64,000 nucleotides of DNA. Source: Auanema rhodensis. Taxonomy: Eukaryota; Animalia; Nematoda. Under the pieces are notes generated by a model. That model saw only the letters and a program-made list of their open reading frames with translations. It made no database searches and was not told where the DNA came from. The stretch covers positions 9,858,001 through 9,922,000 of the forward strand of contig OZ059900.1 in the NCBI GenBank assembly GCA_964057225.1, in the 5' to 3' direction. Below are positions 11,130-25,595 of this stretch, one piece after another (positions within the stretch are counted from its first letter, which is position 1; each line of letters begins with the position of its first letter). The translations under genes were made by a program, and so were the position numbers.

Positions 11130-13678
11130 TATGAATCAATATATATCTACCTCACACATAATCTCATATATATTATATAATAGTTATAATAATACTCATA
11201 TACATATAGTAAAAAAAAATAAAATATTTTTTAAAACTCAGTGAAAGATTATAAACAACTTCAACCTCTAGTTAATGATTGAAATGAAGACAAATCTGGC
11301 TGTACTTGATCAGTAAACTGACAATTGTATCGAAAATGTTCCATTATTCTTTGATATATACTTTCAATACTAAACGCTTTTAATTTCTTGATCAAGTCAT
11401 AAAAATAAATTAATAGATTTTTGTTTTTATAATGCTTTTCTGAAAAAAAATTATAAAATGCATGTGCGTATTATCTAAAAACTTTATATGAAAACTAGAC
11501 TACATACATGTGGTTTGTGAACTTTTATGGTTTGTTTCTCTGATTTAATGACTGAAATCAAATTAATATTTTGTAATCTTTAGTGTCATCTTTACAAATA
11601 TCAGACCATGTCTTAAGATGTAACTGAAGAATATTCTGTGTATATTATATCTTATAGTTAACTAATAACTATAACAACTTATTATTTATTATATGTAGAG
11701 TATTTGATATTTATTTTGAATGTTTAAACATTGTATGCTTGAAAGCTGAAATGCTTCCGATTACTCTATATGTATGAGCATTCAACTATCTTAATATTAA
11801 CTATAAACCTTTAATTTATTAATTTCTGACTCTCATAATTTCTCTTCTTCTTTCTCTCTTTCTCTCTTTTCATCCTTTGTTATTATCAGTTCAATCGTTT
11901 TTCTTCATAGTATTCGTTCTTTGTTTCAAATTAAAGCTCATTGTTTTGATCGTATCCATGAACGCACCATGTAGCCTGCCCCTAAACAAACTTTGATCAC
12001 TGATAAAACATCTTACAACAATACTTTCAATATTCTTCTCAAGCTCTTTTATGCTAATTATTAACTATCCCTTATATTTTTTATATACATAAATATATGT
12101 ATTTATATATATATAATAATATAATACTATAAAAATAAATATATATATGTAAATGATTTGAAAACTATTCAACATGTTTTTATCAATATGACCCGATCGC
12201 CCTCTCTCCCACTACTACCCCCCCCCCCCACCATAGCATGAGCATCTCCTCCCAGTTACCTGTCACATTATAATCTTTCTCTTCTCTCTATCACATGTGT
12301 TTTGTGTATATCATGTAGAATACAAGCATGCTTCTTAATTATACTTTTAATTCAAATTATAATAAGAATTATAAAACAATATATATAAATAAATAAATAA
12401 TAATAGAATTAGAATAGTTATACGTATAAAAACATTTTAAAAAATTATAATAAACAACAATTCGTTATATATTGTTATTTATTATCCAGAAATATAATAA
12501 ATTGATCAAACTACATTGTACTGCTATTGATTTTTCTCATCTTTTTCTTCAAATTCATGTTATGACTTAGTCATCAGTTATATCTAATTCGTATCTTTTT
12601 CATGTAATCTTTTCGTAATTTTAACCATTTTTTGCAATTTGTTTATAATATATCCATTCTAATAGCCATTTAACTATAAAAATCTATGAGTCTGTTAGTT
12701 TTTATAAGTTTTTCATTTTCTTAACTATATTATAAAAAAAACTACATATTTCTCTGATTTTTCCCGCCGAAACCAGTTTTTTATGTGAATATGCAACAAA
12801 TCAGTCCACTACATCAGCAGTATCAGGTGATAATATTCATTATATTTTAGCACTGAACTGTTATTACTTGATTTGTACATCTCTGCTATTTAATCGAATA
12901 TACAAGCCCAGACAGGCCATTCTATTTTTACGATAAAGTATCAAAACTTTTGTTCATTGTTGTTGATATTAAGCGATTACTGTTCATTTTTGTTTCTGTC
13001 TAGCTTCTTACACTACTTATTTGATTATTTCAAAGAACGTCATAGACATATTGAGCCCTAAAACCTTATGTATAATCAGTTCAATATTGTATTTTCCAGA
13101 TGAATATTGATATCTTATCTGTTGCTCATGTTTCAATTTATTCTTTATTTTTTCACGTTCTCTTTCATAGTAAAGCAATTTTTGTATATATTATAAATAA
13201 TATTATAACTCATTCAATAGATCTATAATCCAAGTGTCATATAGCTTTTCTCATTTTCAACACTAAGTTCAAACAATCTAACAGCATGCAATATTTAAGT
13301 ATCTAATAAAATAAATTTTATTCTAATAAACTCATCACGCCATATACCATCTTATTCGATATATTTGTTATTTTAATAATGGTGTCACTGATAATAATAT
13401 CAAATATATTATATTAAAAGATGTTAAAACAAAATTCTTCATGATTACAGTCTTTGATGAATTTTATTTTCAAGAAAAATGTTGGAAAAACAATTTAATT
13501 CAAGATAGTAACTCAATGATTCCGATTCTCTATTAATAAACTCAATGATAGATTATAGCCTTATCATATCACCGGTTTATTTCCGTTCAAACTTTTGTTA
13601 TGTTTTTCGTCAAACTGATGTTTAAATCTTTGTTTTATTCTCAAATAGTTCTTATTAATTTTCTTTATAGTTAACTAA

Positions 13679-15866
13679 ATGGCCGTACTATCTAGATTAG
13701 CAGCATGTTGTAATATTCCCATGTTAACAACCAATTGCTATGAAACAGTTCATACATGGCATCCAGATTGCACACGAGCTATCCTTGTAATTCGATTAAT
13801 AATGTATTCATGAATATAATTATTTTTATTATAGGTAGCTTTACCGGAAAGTTTTCGTTTTACCTTAAAAACTTATTTGACGTTTTATTTGGTAAGATAT
13901 ATTAGTTTTTTTTTTCACAAATACCTATTCATCTTTAGTTTTCCGCTTTGTTAGCAAAGAAGAATCCAACAAAAATAGATTGGAAGCGTTTTACTCGTGA
14001 TGTGCTTCAGTCATCCGCTTTTCTGATGACAAATCTAGTACTATATCTTTGGCTTATATGTAAAATGAGGTGAAATTCAAACAATTTATGAGAAATAACT
14101 GAAAAATACAATACTTAGGCAATTGCTTGGTTTTTTCACTCCATTTTCATTAGGAGGAATTACCAGCATGATAGCCAGTTATGCAGCTATACTTGTTGAA
14201 AAACCTACGAGACGACCAGCATTAGCTCTTTACCTAGTCAATTTGGTTTGTTTATGTTTACATTTTTTTTGTTCTAATTGATAAACATTAGGCTTCTGAA
14301 ACCTTTTATCGTCACTTAGCAAACAGAGGATTAGCTATTACATTTGAGTACGGACAATGTGTTCCTTTTGCTATTGGTTTAGGCTTATTCATGGTTTTGT
14401 ACAGTCATAATCGTTTACATCCATCTATCAAGAAGTTTTTGAAGTAAATCACATTCTTCCCTAATTCAAACTAATTTTTATCTTTTCAGCTTGACTCATC
14501 GTTTGGAACCTAAACAAGATGACATTAAAAAAATGCCATTACCACAAAGTTTTTCGACATTTCTGGCAAAACTTCAATCAGATTTTTCAAAAACTAAGAG
14601 ATGTGAACATGAGCATTCGTGTCTCAGTTTAGGACTTGAAGTAATACTGGTTTATCATTTTTTCCAATGTTAATAAAAACTTACAGGTTTTTACCAAAAA
14701 CTATGTTGTTGGATTTGGAATTAATGCGGCTTTAATTTTGTTGAAAAATGCATTCAAATTCATACGTAATCCAGTAGATGTAATTAAAAAATTATTCCAA
14801 TTGAAGACGCAACGTTTACCATTGTTTTTCGCCTTTATGCCTATGCTATTTCATGTGAGTTGTACCAAATTATTTCTCAAAACATGTGTGCAATCATTAT
14901 ATTTTCAGGCTGTTCGATGCTTATTGAATCGATTCGAAGTTGATAATACTACGGTCAAGAATGTTGCTGCTAGCACAGTCTCATCTTTAGCAATGGTATT
15001 TTGCCCCAATACGACTATAGCCATGTATACTCTGTGGAAAGGAATTGAGGTGAGAAATAATTTGATAGCATCTTTCGTGGAATTTCATTTCTTTCCAATC
15101 TTTAACTGATAGATGAGGTCCTGTTTCAGATGTGCTACAACGAACTAGTATCACGTGGTATGGCTCCAAGCTTAAAACATGGTGCTATTGTGTTGTATAG
15201 TTTATCAACAGGATACGTGTTGTGGATGGCTACTATTCAACCACAATCTATTCGAAAAGGCTATTTGCACTTTCTTGAAGGACTTACAGGGCAAAGGTTT
15301 GTCTTATCTTATATTGTTTGATACTAATGTCCGGCTGTTCTTTATTGATAACTGATTATACTTTATCAACTTCAGTAATATTTCATTTTTGAGTAAGCAA
15401 AGTATGAAAAGCTGTTAGTAATTGGAGAATCAGATGATAAGAAATTAGAAATAGAAACGTTACATCCTTTCAAATGCAATAAATCTCTGGAAAGTTTGAA
15501 TATCTTTTGCAGTGAATCTTTCTTCACGAAAATGTCAATGAAAGTATTAAAACTAGTATATAACAAACTATAGCAAGCCTCCATTGAAGTGCTATTTGTC
15601 TATTGCCTGAGGCATTTTCCATTTAAGCTATCCTATTCATATAATATATTAATATAAATAATTCCTATGAAATATAATATATAATCTTTGGCGCCTAATT
15701 GGCATATCATTACAGATTGCGCTTATTTAACCGAACACTATTGGATCATTTCGGCTATCAATCCAATGAGACGTACAAGCATGTGCCAGAACTAATTACC
15801 AAGTATACTTCTCTCAATCCAGCTATCTATCAAGCTGTTCGTCATGTGCATCAACATACAGCATAA
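13679..15866 (+). CDS. tmem-135: Transmembrane protein 135 homologue
   Basis: The N-terminus MAVLSR...[13 protein letters not shown] matches TMEM135 (NCYEIGHTWHPSC). It also has the internal [13 protein letters not shown] and C-terminal [13 protein letters not shown] / NRTLLDHFG segments, in about 10 exons. Confidence 0.9.
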
Positions 15867-16468
15867 GATAGAAGAAGATATACCAAATCCAATACATCTC
15901 GTTAACAGGTATTACATTGCTAGTTTGATTACTCTTAATTCATTATTTATTTTCATTTATTCTTATAATAATTGTAATGAAGGAAAAATCATTATCACAT
16001 TTTAGATAATTATACACATAGTTAAAATATAAATTATATTCTCATAACGGGTTCAATATGCGTAGATTCATTTCATTGCTATGAGAATGATTTTTATTTA
16101 TTTTCTATGTATCTCTTGAATAGAAGAGCAATTTCAAAGTATATTCATATTTCTAATTCATAATCAATTCTTTATTTATAATATTCTTTACTATATGCAT
16201 GTTTATATTATCTACTCTTTTTGTTTCTGAAATATCATCATCTTATAAGAATCCGAATGAATATGTTTATTCTTATTTCTTGATCTTCGTCTTTCAAATA
16301 CGTACTGCATGATGAGCCAGCCATTGGCATTCGAGTGCATATATCCCTTTTAGAGAAAAATAATGTCATCTTATTACTTCAGAATCTGGATTTGGTTCCC
16401 TTATCTATGCCCGCTATGCCTCGAACTCTGTTCTCAGATCACACGATTTTTGTTTTTTTCATTTCAGT

Positions 16469-16870
16469 ACAGCGGCAGTTGAAGTGAAAAAACTTTATTT
16501 TCGATTTTTCAATTGCAAGTCTATTAATCTTGTCGGTTTGATGTTAAACGAATGAATGGCGTCGTATCAGAAGCCTACGATTGCTTCTGAAAATATGGGA
16601 TAAGGCCGAGAAGAATTAAGACAATAGAAGACTGAAAGTGAGCATAATATTTAGACGTAATGTCTTGAAAACTTGATCAGTCCTCCAGGAAATGATCTCA
16701 TCACACAGCTTGAAGAGAGGAACAAACTACTTGTTCTACATCGTACATTAGCATTTTTCATTCATGTTGATGAATCTGGCATAGATTATGAAACACTATA
16801 TGTAAAGGAAGGGCAAAGTTCAAATGCATTTTCAGATGATGATGTTGATGATGACGTGAAGACGTATTAG
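16469..16870 (+). pseudogene. Possible decayed coding or transposase fragment
   Basis: An exon-like open stretch at 16681-16870 (…FIHVDESGIDY…) with splice-like borders. The upstream part has stops in all frames. Confidence 0.2.
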
Positions 16871-17272
16871 AAAACAATGAGATGCTGATATGAGCCGTCA
16901 TCATATTACAATTCCAACCTTTTCTTTTATTCTCTCGTGGATTTATATCTCACAAGATTACTATGATTGAGATATTTGTTGAACAAACTACAAAAATTTG
17001 CTTAGAAGATAACAATGACAGCAAAAGATTCTAAGCACATTTCATGAAAAATATGGTCTCAGAGCGCTTGTATAAATATAATAGAGCGTATTATTTGTTA
17101 ACATCATTTATCGAGTCTGACACCACAAGTAATATGAAATAGAGATCGAAGCATATATAATCGCTTCAATTTATAGTATAAAAAAATCAAAAAAAATTGT
17201 ATTTTGACTACAAAAGTCTAGGAGTTCGGCAACTGACTCCAGCCGGATGGTGGGGGCAGGTAACGACGTCAT

Positions 17273-19528
17273 CTATTTCAAGTTGGCCAGCTCGAGCTTA
17301 CGAAGAGTATCTAAGATATCGTGCATATGGTCAATCTGTCCAGATCGTCCAAATCTGACTGAAAAGGAAAGAGTTTTACTCGGCTTATTCATACTCAGAA
17401 TAAGAAAATGCAAAGTATATTTGTAAACTGAGCATTTGTCCTAACAAATAACGTACCGAAAGGTTGTGGTGGACCTGTTCGTTTGCCTTGGAATGCTGAT
17501 GAATCAAATTCAGGTTGTTCAGAGCGCTTACCAAACCTGGAACATTTGTTGTTTTAATTTTTTTTAGAGACCAGAGAGCTGTTATTAATTCATCCCCCCC
17601 CCTTTTTCACATATTCAATGATATTTACAAGAAATATACATTTTTATAAGTTACATCATATCATACACGTAACAATACGATTTTAATTTTATTTTTTTAC
17701 TGTTCAACAAGCTCGTTTAAATTTTTAAACTTGGAAATTGGAAAACTAAAAGAGAGACATGTCAGAAACTGCAGCCAATACTAGTTGTAATAGGACCATA
17801 TCTATTAATTTAATTTCTATTTTTAGTTATCCGCAGTTTTCTATCTCATCTTATGCTCAATCAACTCTACTCCCTCGCACTTGTACCCTCTTCATGTTAA
17901 ACCATTAAACTTGAGATTATGGGATTGATCATTGAACGATACCAACCTGACCAATGCGTTACGAGCTCCACTAGAAGCGCGGCCAAATCGAACAAGAGCA
18001 TTACGCATAGCACGCTTTTCAGTCCTGAAATTCATGAAATTATTACGAATATTTACATCTATTATGAAGAAGCTTTAATTTTCAACAATCGTACTCTTAT
18101 AATTCAGTATAATTCAGGAAATCGCTGAGACTCTTGAAGGGTTTCGTTTAAGCTTAAGCTGGCTATTAGACTTGTAAATCATTCTAAACTTGTTTTCGTC
18201 TCAGCTCAATAGATATACAGTTAAAGATTAGATCTTTCTTCGCCAAAAAACAAAGATTATTTATTATTATCTCATGAGAATAAGTTCAGTTCATAGATTT
18301 TAGGAAGGATATCAAGTACATTTTCTAGTATTTTCTTCGTTTTTTGACTGGCCCACAAAAAATCCAAAAACTTATGTGCGTGAAAGCGTATCTATTTAAA
18401 ACTTTGTGAAAAGGAAATCTCTCAATTCAAGTGGGCGTCCGAGTGATATCTGGAGGCCTGGTCCTCTAAAGCAACTATGTGAACATGACGAATTGGAGTA
18501 GATGCCATGACATTTTTTCTTTATCTTTGAAAGAAAAAAGTGTACAGCATAGCCTTAGTTGCCAGTTTTTTTTACGGAGAAATGGAAGAATGAATCGAAA
18601 AATGTATTGTATATGTTTAGATTTTTCCAAATATTTCAATAATTAGAAAAACTCTTTCATATATTCTTACGAATTTGTGAGAATGAAGGCAGAAATTGAT
18701 GAAGTTATTATACTTGTTGTTGAAAATACTTTATAGTAAGATTGAATTTAATTCTATACTATACTTTAAAAATGAAAAATGTTGTTAACGAAAAAAGCAG
18801 TTGATTAGTAATATTTTTCATTTATTCCCATATAAATTGTTTAATTCATATTTCTTAATATGACCTTGTTTTCTAGAATTGATAATAATCAGGAAAACAA
18901 ATTGTTTTTTCGAAATGTTTCCGTTCAGTACAAAACTTGTCAAGTACGTATACCGTATCTCAAGAAAACAATATATATAAGGAACTTCATATTTCGGGTT
19001 ATAGCTCATTCACAATTTTTTTTCTGAATTGCCATGCGTGCATGTATCAGATATTCGTTTTCCGGAATGAAAACGATAAAGAAAAGATAATGAGCAGAGC
19101 ACGTAGATAAAAAATGAAAAAATATATATTATGCTGTATAATATGCATAATTAACAATAATAATCTTCACATTTGTTTCTAATATATAATTAAGTGAATA
19201 ATGAATTTCGATTTGTTATAGACCATTTTATGACCTTCATAAACTTTTCAATATAACAATTCTATGATTAATGATCGAACAACGCTAATATTATGCGTAT
19301 AGTTGAGATATCTACATATATGCATATGCATTTTTGATGAATTAATTAGGTTCATGCTTTAACTATATATATATATATATACATATAGTTAAAAGAGTAT
19401 TATTATCTTTTATGAATAAATTAGATAAGATTTGATAAAACTTACATCAATTCATCATCAGAATATGATTGAGCCAAGGCAGCACTGAGGCAGACAGCGA
19501 TAAGAAGGACTCGGATAACAAGCGACAT
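17273..19528 (-). CDS. flp-11: FMRFamide-like neuropeptide precursor FLP-11
   Basis: Exons 19528-19446, 18024-17947, 17536-17457 and 17358-17273 give a signal peptide, KR-AMRNALVRFG-R-ASSGARNALVRFG-KR-SEQPEFDSSAFQG-KR-TGPPQPFVRFG-R, and the tail SGQIDHMHDILDTLRKLELAN, as in C. elegans FLP-11. Confidence 0.96.
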
Positions 19529-22500
19529 TGCCACAACCAATATCAAAATGAGCTGCACAAGTTTTGGATGTTACTTATATAAGCTTTATATAGCCTGAAG
19601 GTATATTATATAATTATAAATGAGAGTAAATAGCTTAAAGATATATACGAAACAAATATTTACAATGAAATGAGAAAATTAGGTGATTATACTGACGGAT
19701 ATGACGAATTATTTGGAAATTATTTAAAAGAAAATGAAATAATTGCTATATATGAATGGAAGAAAAACTTGCTCAATCTTTTTCAATAAAAAAAATTTAT
19801 CTATATATATATATATATATATAGCATAAAATATATCGTATAAATATAAAGTACGAAATGATGAGCTCAGACAAAATATTATTATAAAAACAAGCATAAT
19901 TTGAAGTTGTTGTATTATAAAGAATGGTTCAGATGTCAGTTCATTCATAACAATGATGACGAGAAGGCGGAAAATATTGTGAAAATGCTGTTGAACTTAT
20001 CTAAAACGAAATAACAACAAATATAATGCGCGATGTAATCTCTTAGATTAGTTAATAATCAGCTGAAGAACTCTGAGCGCGGGCTTCCATCTTTAGCTCA
20101 AAACAGAGCAAGTTCAATACAAAAATGCGTTGTTAATCGGGAATATATTACGAAAATAATTGATAATTCAAAAAAGAATGCCTGCATTTCAATGGAAAAG
20201 CTGATTTTTAATTTTGGGTCTGCTTGGCTGAATTAAACGGTTTAGCTGGAAGCATGAGCATGAATCTGTTTAGCCGACTAAACTTTAATCTGTCATTTGT
20301 AGGCAGATAACTCAATGTTGCTAACATTTCACAATAAATTGTATATACAAAGATATAAAGTTAGTTTATGCTTATAAATATTGACCACAAAGATCATTAA
20401 AAGGCCAAAACTGATGATTGATGCTTTGCCTTTAGGCTATGTCTGCTCTATGCAATAGTTCGTTTCAAAGTGAGTAGATCTTAGATGGCCAGCAGCTCAA
20501 AGATATATAGATATATGAATGTAGGCGCGGCTGACTGAATGTGCACAAGTTTTTGAAACGTCAGAAGATGCCAACTGGCTAGTGACGATGACAATGACGG
20601 GGGTGGAGCATGTACAAGTGATGTGAAGGATGAAGATGACGATATTATCTCTAAATATTCGTCTTAACACGAGATTGGTCTCCGAGATACGATCACCACA
20701 AGTGGGCAGTCATTGCATCAGGAAGTGGTTATATAGGATTTGAATAGTCAATTAGGGCGGGAAATATGAATCGCTTGAATATCAGACTAAGAGAAGATAG
20801 AGGAGAGAGAGAGAGTCAGAGTCAAAAGGTAGATAAAACGATAATAAAAGGAAGATAGCTATGAAGAACAACGAGACGAAAAATGAAAAATGAACTAAAC
20901 AAACTGGATATGCTTACATGTTTTTCTCATCTGTACTCATTTGTAAAACTAAGGTCTTAATCTGAAACACCACTTTCAATACTCTCTCATACGATGTGCT
21001 TCTCTAACAGCTTGTCCACTATGTTCATCTCATTGAAACTCCATATAATTTGAAAACGAGACCTCAAAGTGGAAAATAGAGAAAATGATTGAGTAATTGA
21101 GAATGAGCATTTCAATGCATCCAGCAGTCACCCTAGAGGATGAATGCCGTAACCCGCAACTATAAAGCTTCTTGTAAATGAGACTAAATACACATGTATT
21201 TAGTTTTTCTATCAATTTCCAAAAAAAAACCCGCGTATTTATATTTTTTTCCGAAATTTAAGACAATACCGAACGAAAACAAGGAGTTAGTATAAGGTTA
21301 ACGACATAGCAAGCAAAATCATGCTAGAAATAATTTTGCAGAAAATATTTAGATTTCAAACGATTTCTCTATGTTGCAAAATGCTCTAAGATGCCACAGA
21401 AGCAGTGTTCAAAGCAAAAACGAGGGTATGCTTCGAGTGCATTGTTCATTCTCAACTGAAGGTTGATTGAACCTGTTTCTCATTTTTTTTAATAGATTAA
21501 CAACATCTCACTCAGTATCTCTTTTAATCCTTTGAGAATTAACTTTACTTAGACTGTACCGTGTTAGTTTATAGGATTAGAGAAGGTTATGATGTAATTG
21601 TCTAACATAAAATGATCATTAATGATTAAGTTTCATCATTTATCATCAAGATTGTTTATATTATCGAATTGTGTTGATTATGCTGAATTGAAAGTTGTTA
21701 GACAAGATAATGGAAAACCATTTGTGAAATGCAGTCAAATTCTTTTAAACGAGTACCAGCTGGTAAAGCAATTTGTTTTCACATTCTCTATATGGACAAT
21801 GTTCATGCCAGCCGTTAGAAAACGTCATGAAAATCAGTTTTTTGTCTCTCCATGTGTTAGAATAAAAAGTAAAAATGATCATTTCGAGAAAAAGTGGAAT
21901 AGAAGCAACACAACTGAGCACATGATTGGATTCTACTTCAAGCGGGGGTGACTACATGAATAGCTAAACAACACTTATCACATACACACACACACACACA
22001 CAGGTGAGGAAATAAAAAGGTCAGTAGAAAAAGAGATTTTGTATATGATAGTTTTATAATATTTTTCACCTTAATTATGATTTTGTTTATGTTTTCCTAG
22101 AAAAAAGAAGTAAAAAAAGTAGAATAAACAATAAGAAATAGAAGCCTAAAGCAATATAAATTGGAATAAATTTTATCTAATATATAATATATACTATACA
22201 ACTATATGCTATTTATAAATATAATTCTTTTTCTTTCACTTTTCTTAGTATATCCTACTTAGCAAAGCAACAATAGCAACAATAGCAACTATTGCTGTTT
22301 GTTTTTCGCAAACTTGCAAAGTAACAAAAAGAATTAACGCGTTTAATTTTAAAAGTTTCAAATCCCCCCGCCAAAAACTTTGTTTTTTTTTAAACTGCAA
22401 GAAAAAAAAGTTGAGATCAAGAGAAAGATCAAAGGATTTCGAAGAAAGAGATAAAGTGAGATCGAAGGGAAATGAGATATAAAGAGAGAGAGAGAAAGAG

Positions 22501-23301
22501 AGAGGGGAAGAGAGAGAGAGAGGGAACGGTACTATTTCATATAAGTTTGATATTTTCAAAACCAAAGTTTGATGATAAGAGGCATCATAGCATTGAGGTA
22601 AAAAGTATTCAATCAACCATTCATTAAATATTTATTTGAATCTGATTACTCACGTCAAATACGTCAAAACGTTCAAACTCAGATAAATGAGAAACTGATT
22701 ATTCACGTTCTTCTCATTTGTTTCTTAAAAATTGTATAAAAGCAACTATTTATGTTAAAAAGTTATTTCTATTTTGTTTATTATTGCATCATGTTTATGC
22801 TTTTGAAATCATGTATTGACAGATAAGCGTACATAGGGCTTTATATCGTAGGAAAGAGAAGCCTGGTTCTCCTTTATTTCAAAATCATATTTGAAATATT
22901 AATTTATATCTTATAAATAAGAGATGAAAGATGATTAGCTCTGTTCAACTATACAGATTTCTAAATATAAATATCAATTTCAGAAGTATTTCTGTGCTAA
23001 AAGTGGAACAAGTAATTGCTTCAATGATTTGAAGTCCTACTGTTAGGGATTATAAAAGATTAAGTAATCATGAATGACAATTTGAAAATTAAAAGTAAAC
23101 TGAAAGATCAAGATGAATGAGAATACAATGATCAGCTATAACAGGCTACATATTCAGCTTATTTCAAAATTGGAAACTAAAGAATTGCGAAAGCGGGGTA
23201 TTTGGAGAACACTGATCTGATGTATGCTAGTACCAGCATACAACTGATTCATGTTTCAGAGAATATCTCTAACTAAATCTATTTATATAGTATAAATATA
23301 G

Positions 23302-23343
<42 letters not shown>

Positions 23344-25519
23344 TCCATCTTACGACATATTTATACTGCGAATAGTAAAATATGGATATAGGGTATATAT
23401 ATATATACATATGTACGTAAGCCAAATGGAAATTCTGTGAAAATCCGTTATTTAGATAATGAATATTGCATAGAAATGCTTCTCAGTTTATCTAACTTTG
23501 AGTGAGCCTCAGTGATACTGAATATCCAAGCAGATCGTAGGTGTTTGTTTGAGATTTGCATAAAAAATGAATTTAACATCCAAACGCATATTAGTTTGAG
23601 AGTGGTAGCATGTATTTTGGTCTTCAAAAAAAATAATCTGCTTATATGAAATAAGATAAGATCTCTTGAAAAGAACAGTTTCTCTCTTGAATACAAATAG
23701 ATTTTTGATTTGTTATCCTAAAAATTTAAAAATGACGTGACTTGGGTTGGTGTACAAGCAGGTGTGAATACATACAGTTGAATAAGAAATACGGTTTTTG
23801 AAACCTAATATGCAAGTGTGCAAATGAGCAGTAACGGATAAACCCTTGAAAACATTGAGAAACTTACCATGTAGCTTTACTTTTTTTCTAGAAAAGAGTA
23901 CTTTTGTTGCGTATTGAGAAAGTTATGTAGTCAAAAGGAAAAAGATGAAAGCTAACTGACTGACAAGTAAAGTTGATGGCCTTCTGAGGGCATGAGATTT
24001 GAGCTGAAGATGCAGTAAACCGCACACCACACATACACATTGAAATTGAGTGAAGAACAAGGAAAATTAATGACGGATGAGGGAATTTGTAGTCAGTGCA
24101 TAAAAAGGGAGGAAAAAAGATGGGTTACTGACGAGAAAGACCTCAACTCTAGCGGGTTATGACGCCATATAAATACATCTGTAGAAGTCTATAATCTAGA
24201 ATTGTTAGATGTTCGACGATGGCAAAGTTAGTGTGAGTGCTAGTGGTCAACATCAAACCGAGTGACAGAGATATGAAGAGAGGGAAGAAATGAAAAAAGT
24301 TAGAAAAGACATTTGAGAGAAAGAATGAAACAAAGGCGAGAGAATGCTGGAAAAGCTTTATGGCAGATGAGCACAAGCGGTAGTTGTCGACGAAAAACAT
24401 GATCTATTTCTGGCTTGAGTTTATCCTCCTGTTTTTTTTAGTTTTTAGACAATTATAAACATGATTGCTTTTTATAGTCTCAGCTGAACATTAGATCTGA
24501 AAATGAGTAGGTTCAATCATTTTTTGTGTTTTATTATGCCGACAAAATATAAATTATTTTTGAACATGAAAGTTACAAATATGATTGTTATAACATGAAA
24601 TACTTTATATACTCTTTCATCTGATACAGCTTTATCCTTTTTTTTTCTAAAATATTTTAATTTTCTGACTATAATTAATGCATTGGTTCACAAAAGAATA
24701 TTGACAGATTTGCGCATGTGTTAAAAGGAAATTAATTTACAAATTAACTCTTATAACTAAGCATATGTTCATTGAAAAACATGTTTTGTTACGCTTGTCG
24801 TCATCAATTGCGTATCTGATTAATCAGATATTACTGCTGCATGAGTGATATTAAGCACTACAGGTCACACCTAAAACTATTTTGGAATACTCTCTCTACT
24901 CACTATGAATTATGACGTTAAAGATGGGCAATTATGTGATACAGCATGAGAAATAGATAGGTGATATATTCTGAGTAATAAAGCAAATCAACTGCAAAAT
25001 TAGATGACGTGAAGTTGAAATGAAACGAAACTTTTAAGCCGCAATGTCACCAGCAGTGATATTTCATTGCAACTTACCCTCGGGACCATTTGTCTCACAA
25101 ATTATTAAAATATTATGACAATTATTGAATTTAAGCAAAAAGCGCAGTTAAGATTTTCTAATTTATGTCTACCATATCCACTTTCTAGCAATAATTACTG
25201 TGAATTCAAGTCTAGATTTTAATGGCTTGTAGTTGTTATGGAAAGGTCAAAACATGAGTGCAACTCACGTAGTTCAATAGATAAAAGCTTGCCATTTATC
25301 ACATTGAAAGCCGATAAGTTGAACATCAGCGGAGTAACTCGAGAAAACAATTTTTTAGCCTTCTTTGTTTAGAGACTGATAAACTTTATAAAGTATTCGT
25401 TTATATACGATACAATAGCCCATGTCCATGTTGTTGAATTGTATTCTCTGCTATATCTATATATAGTTCAAATCCCTATGGTCTCACTTGTTAAGATATT
25501 GGTAACGTCACAAGCATCT

Positions 25520-25595
25520 CACACACATACACATACACATATACATACATATACATATACGCATTCATACACATATATACACGCAAATACATACA
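25520..25595. repeat. CA/TA low-complexity tract
   Basis: Direct reading. Confidence 0.8.

Noticed and set aside
19357-19394. Hairpin in flp-11 intron 1 as a miRNA
   Set aside because: It is mostly a self-complementary (TA)n tract.
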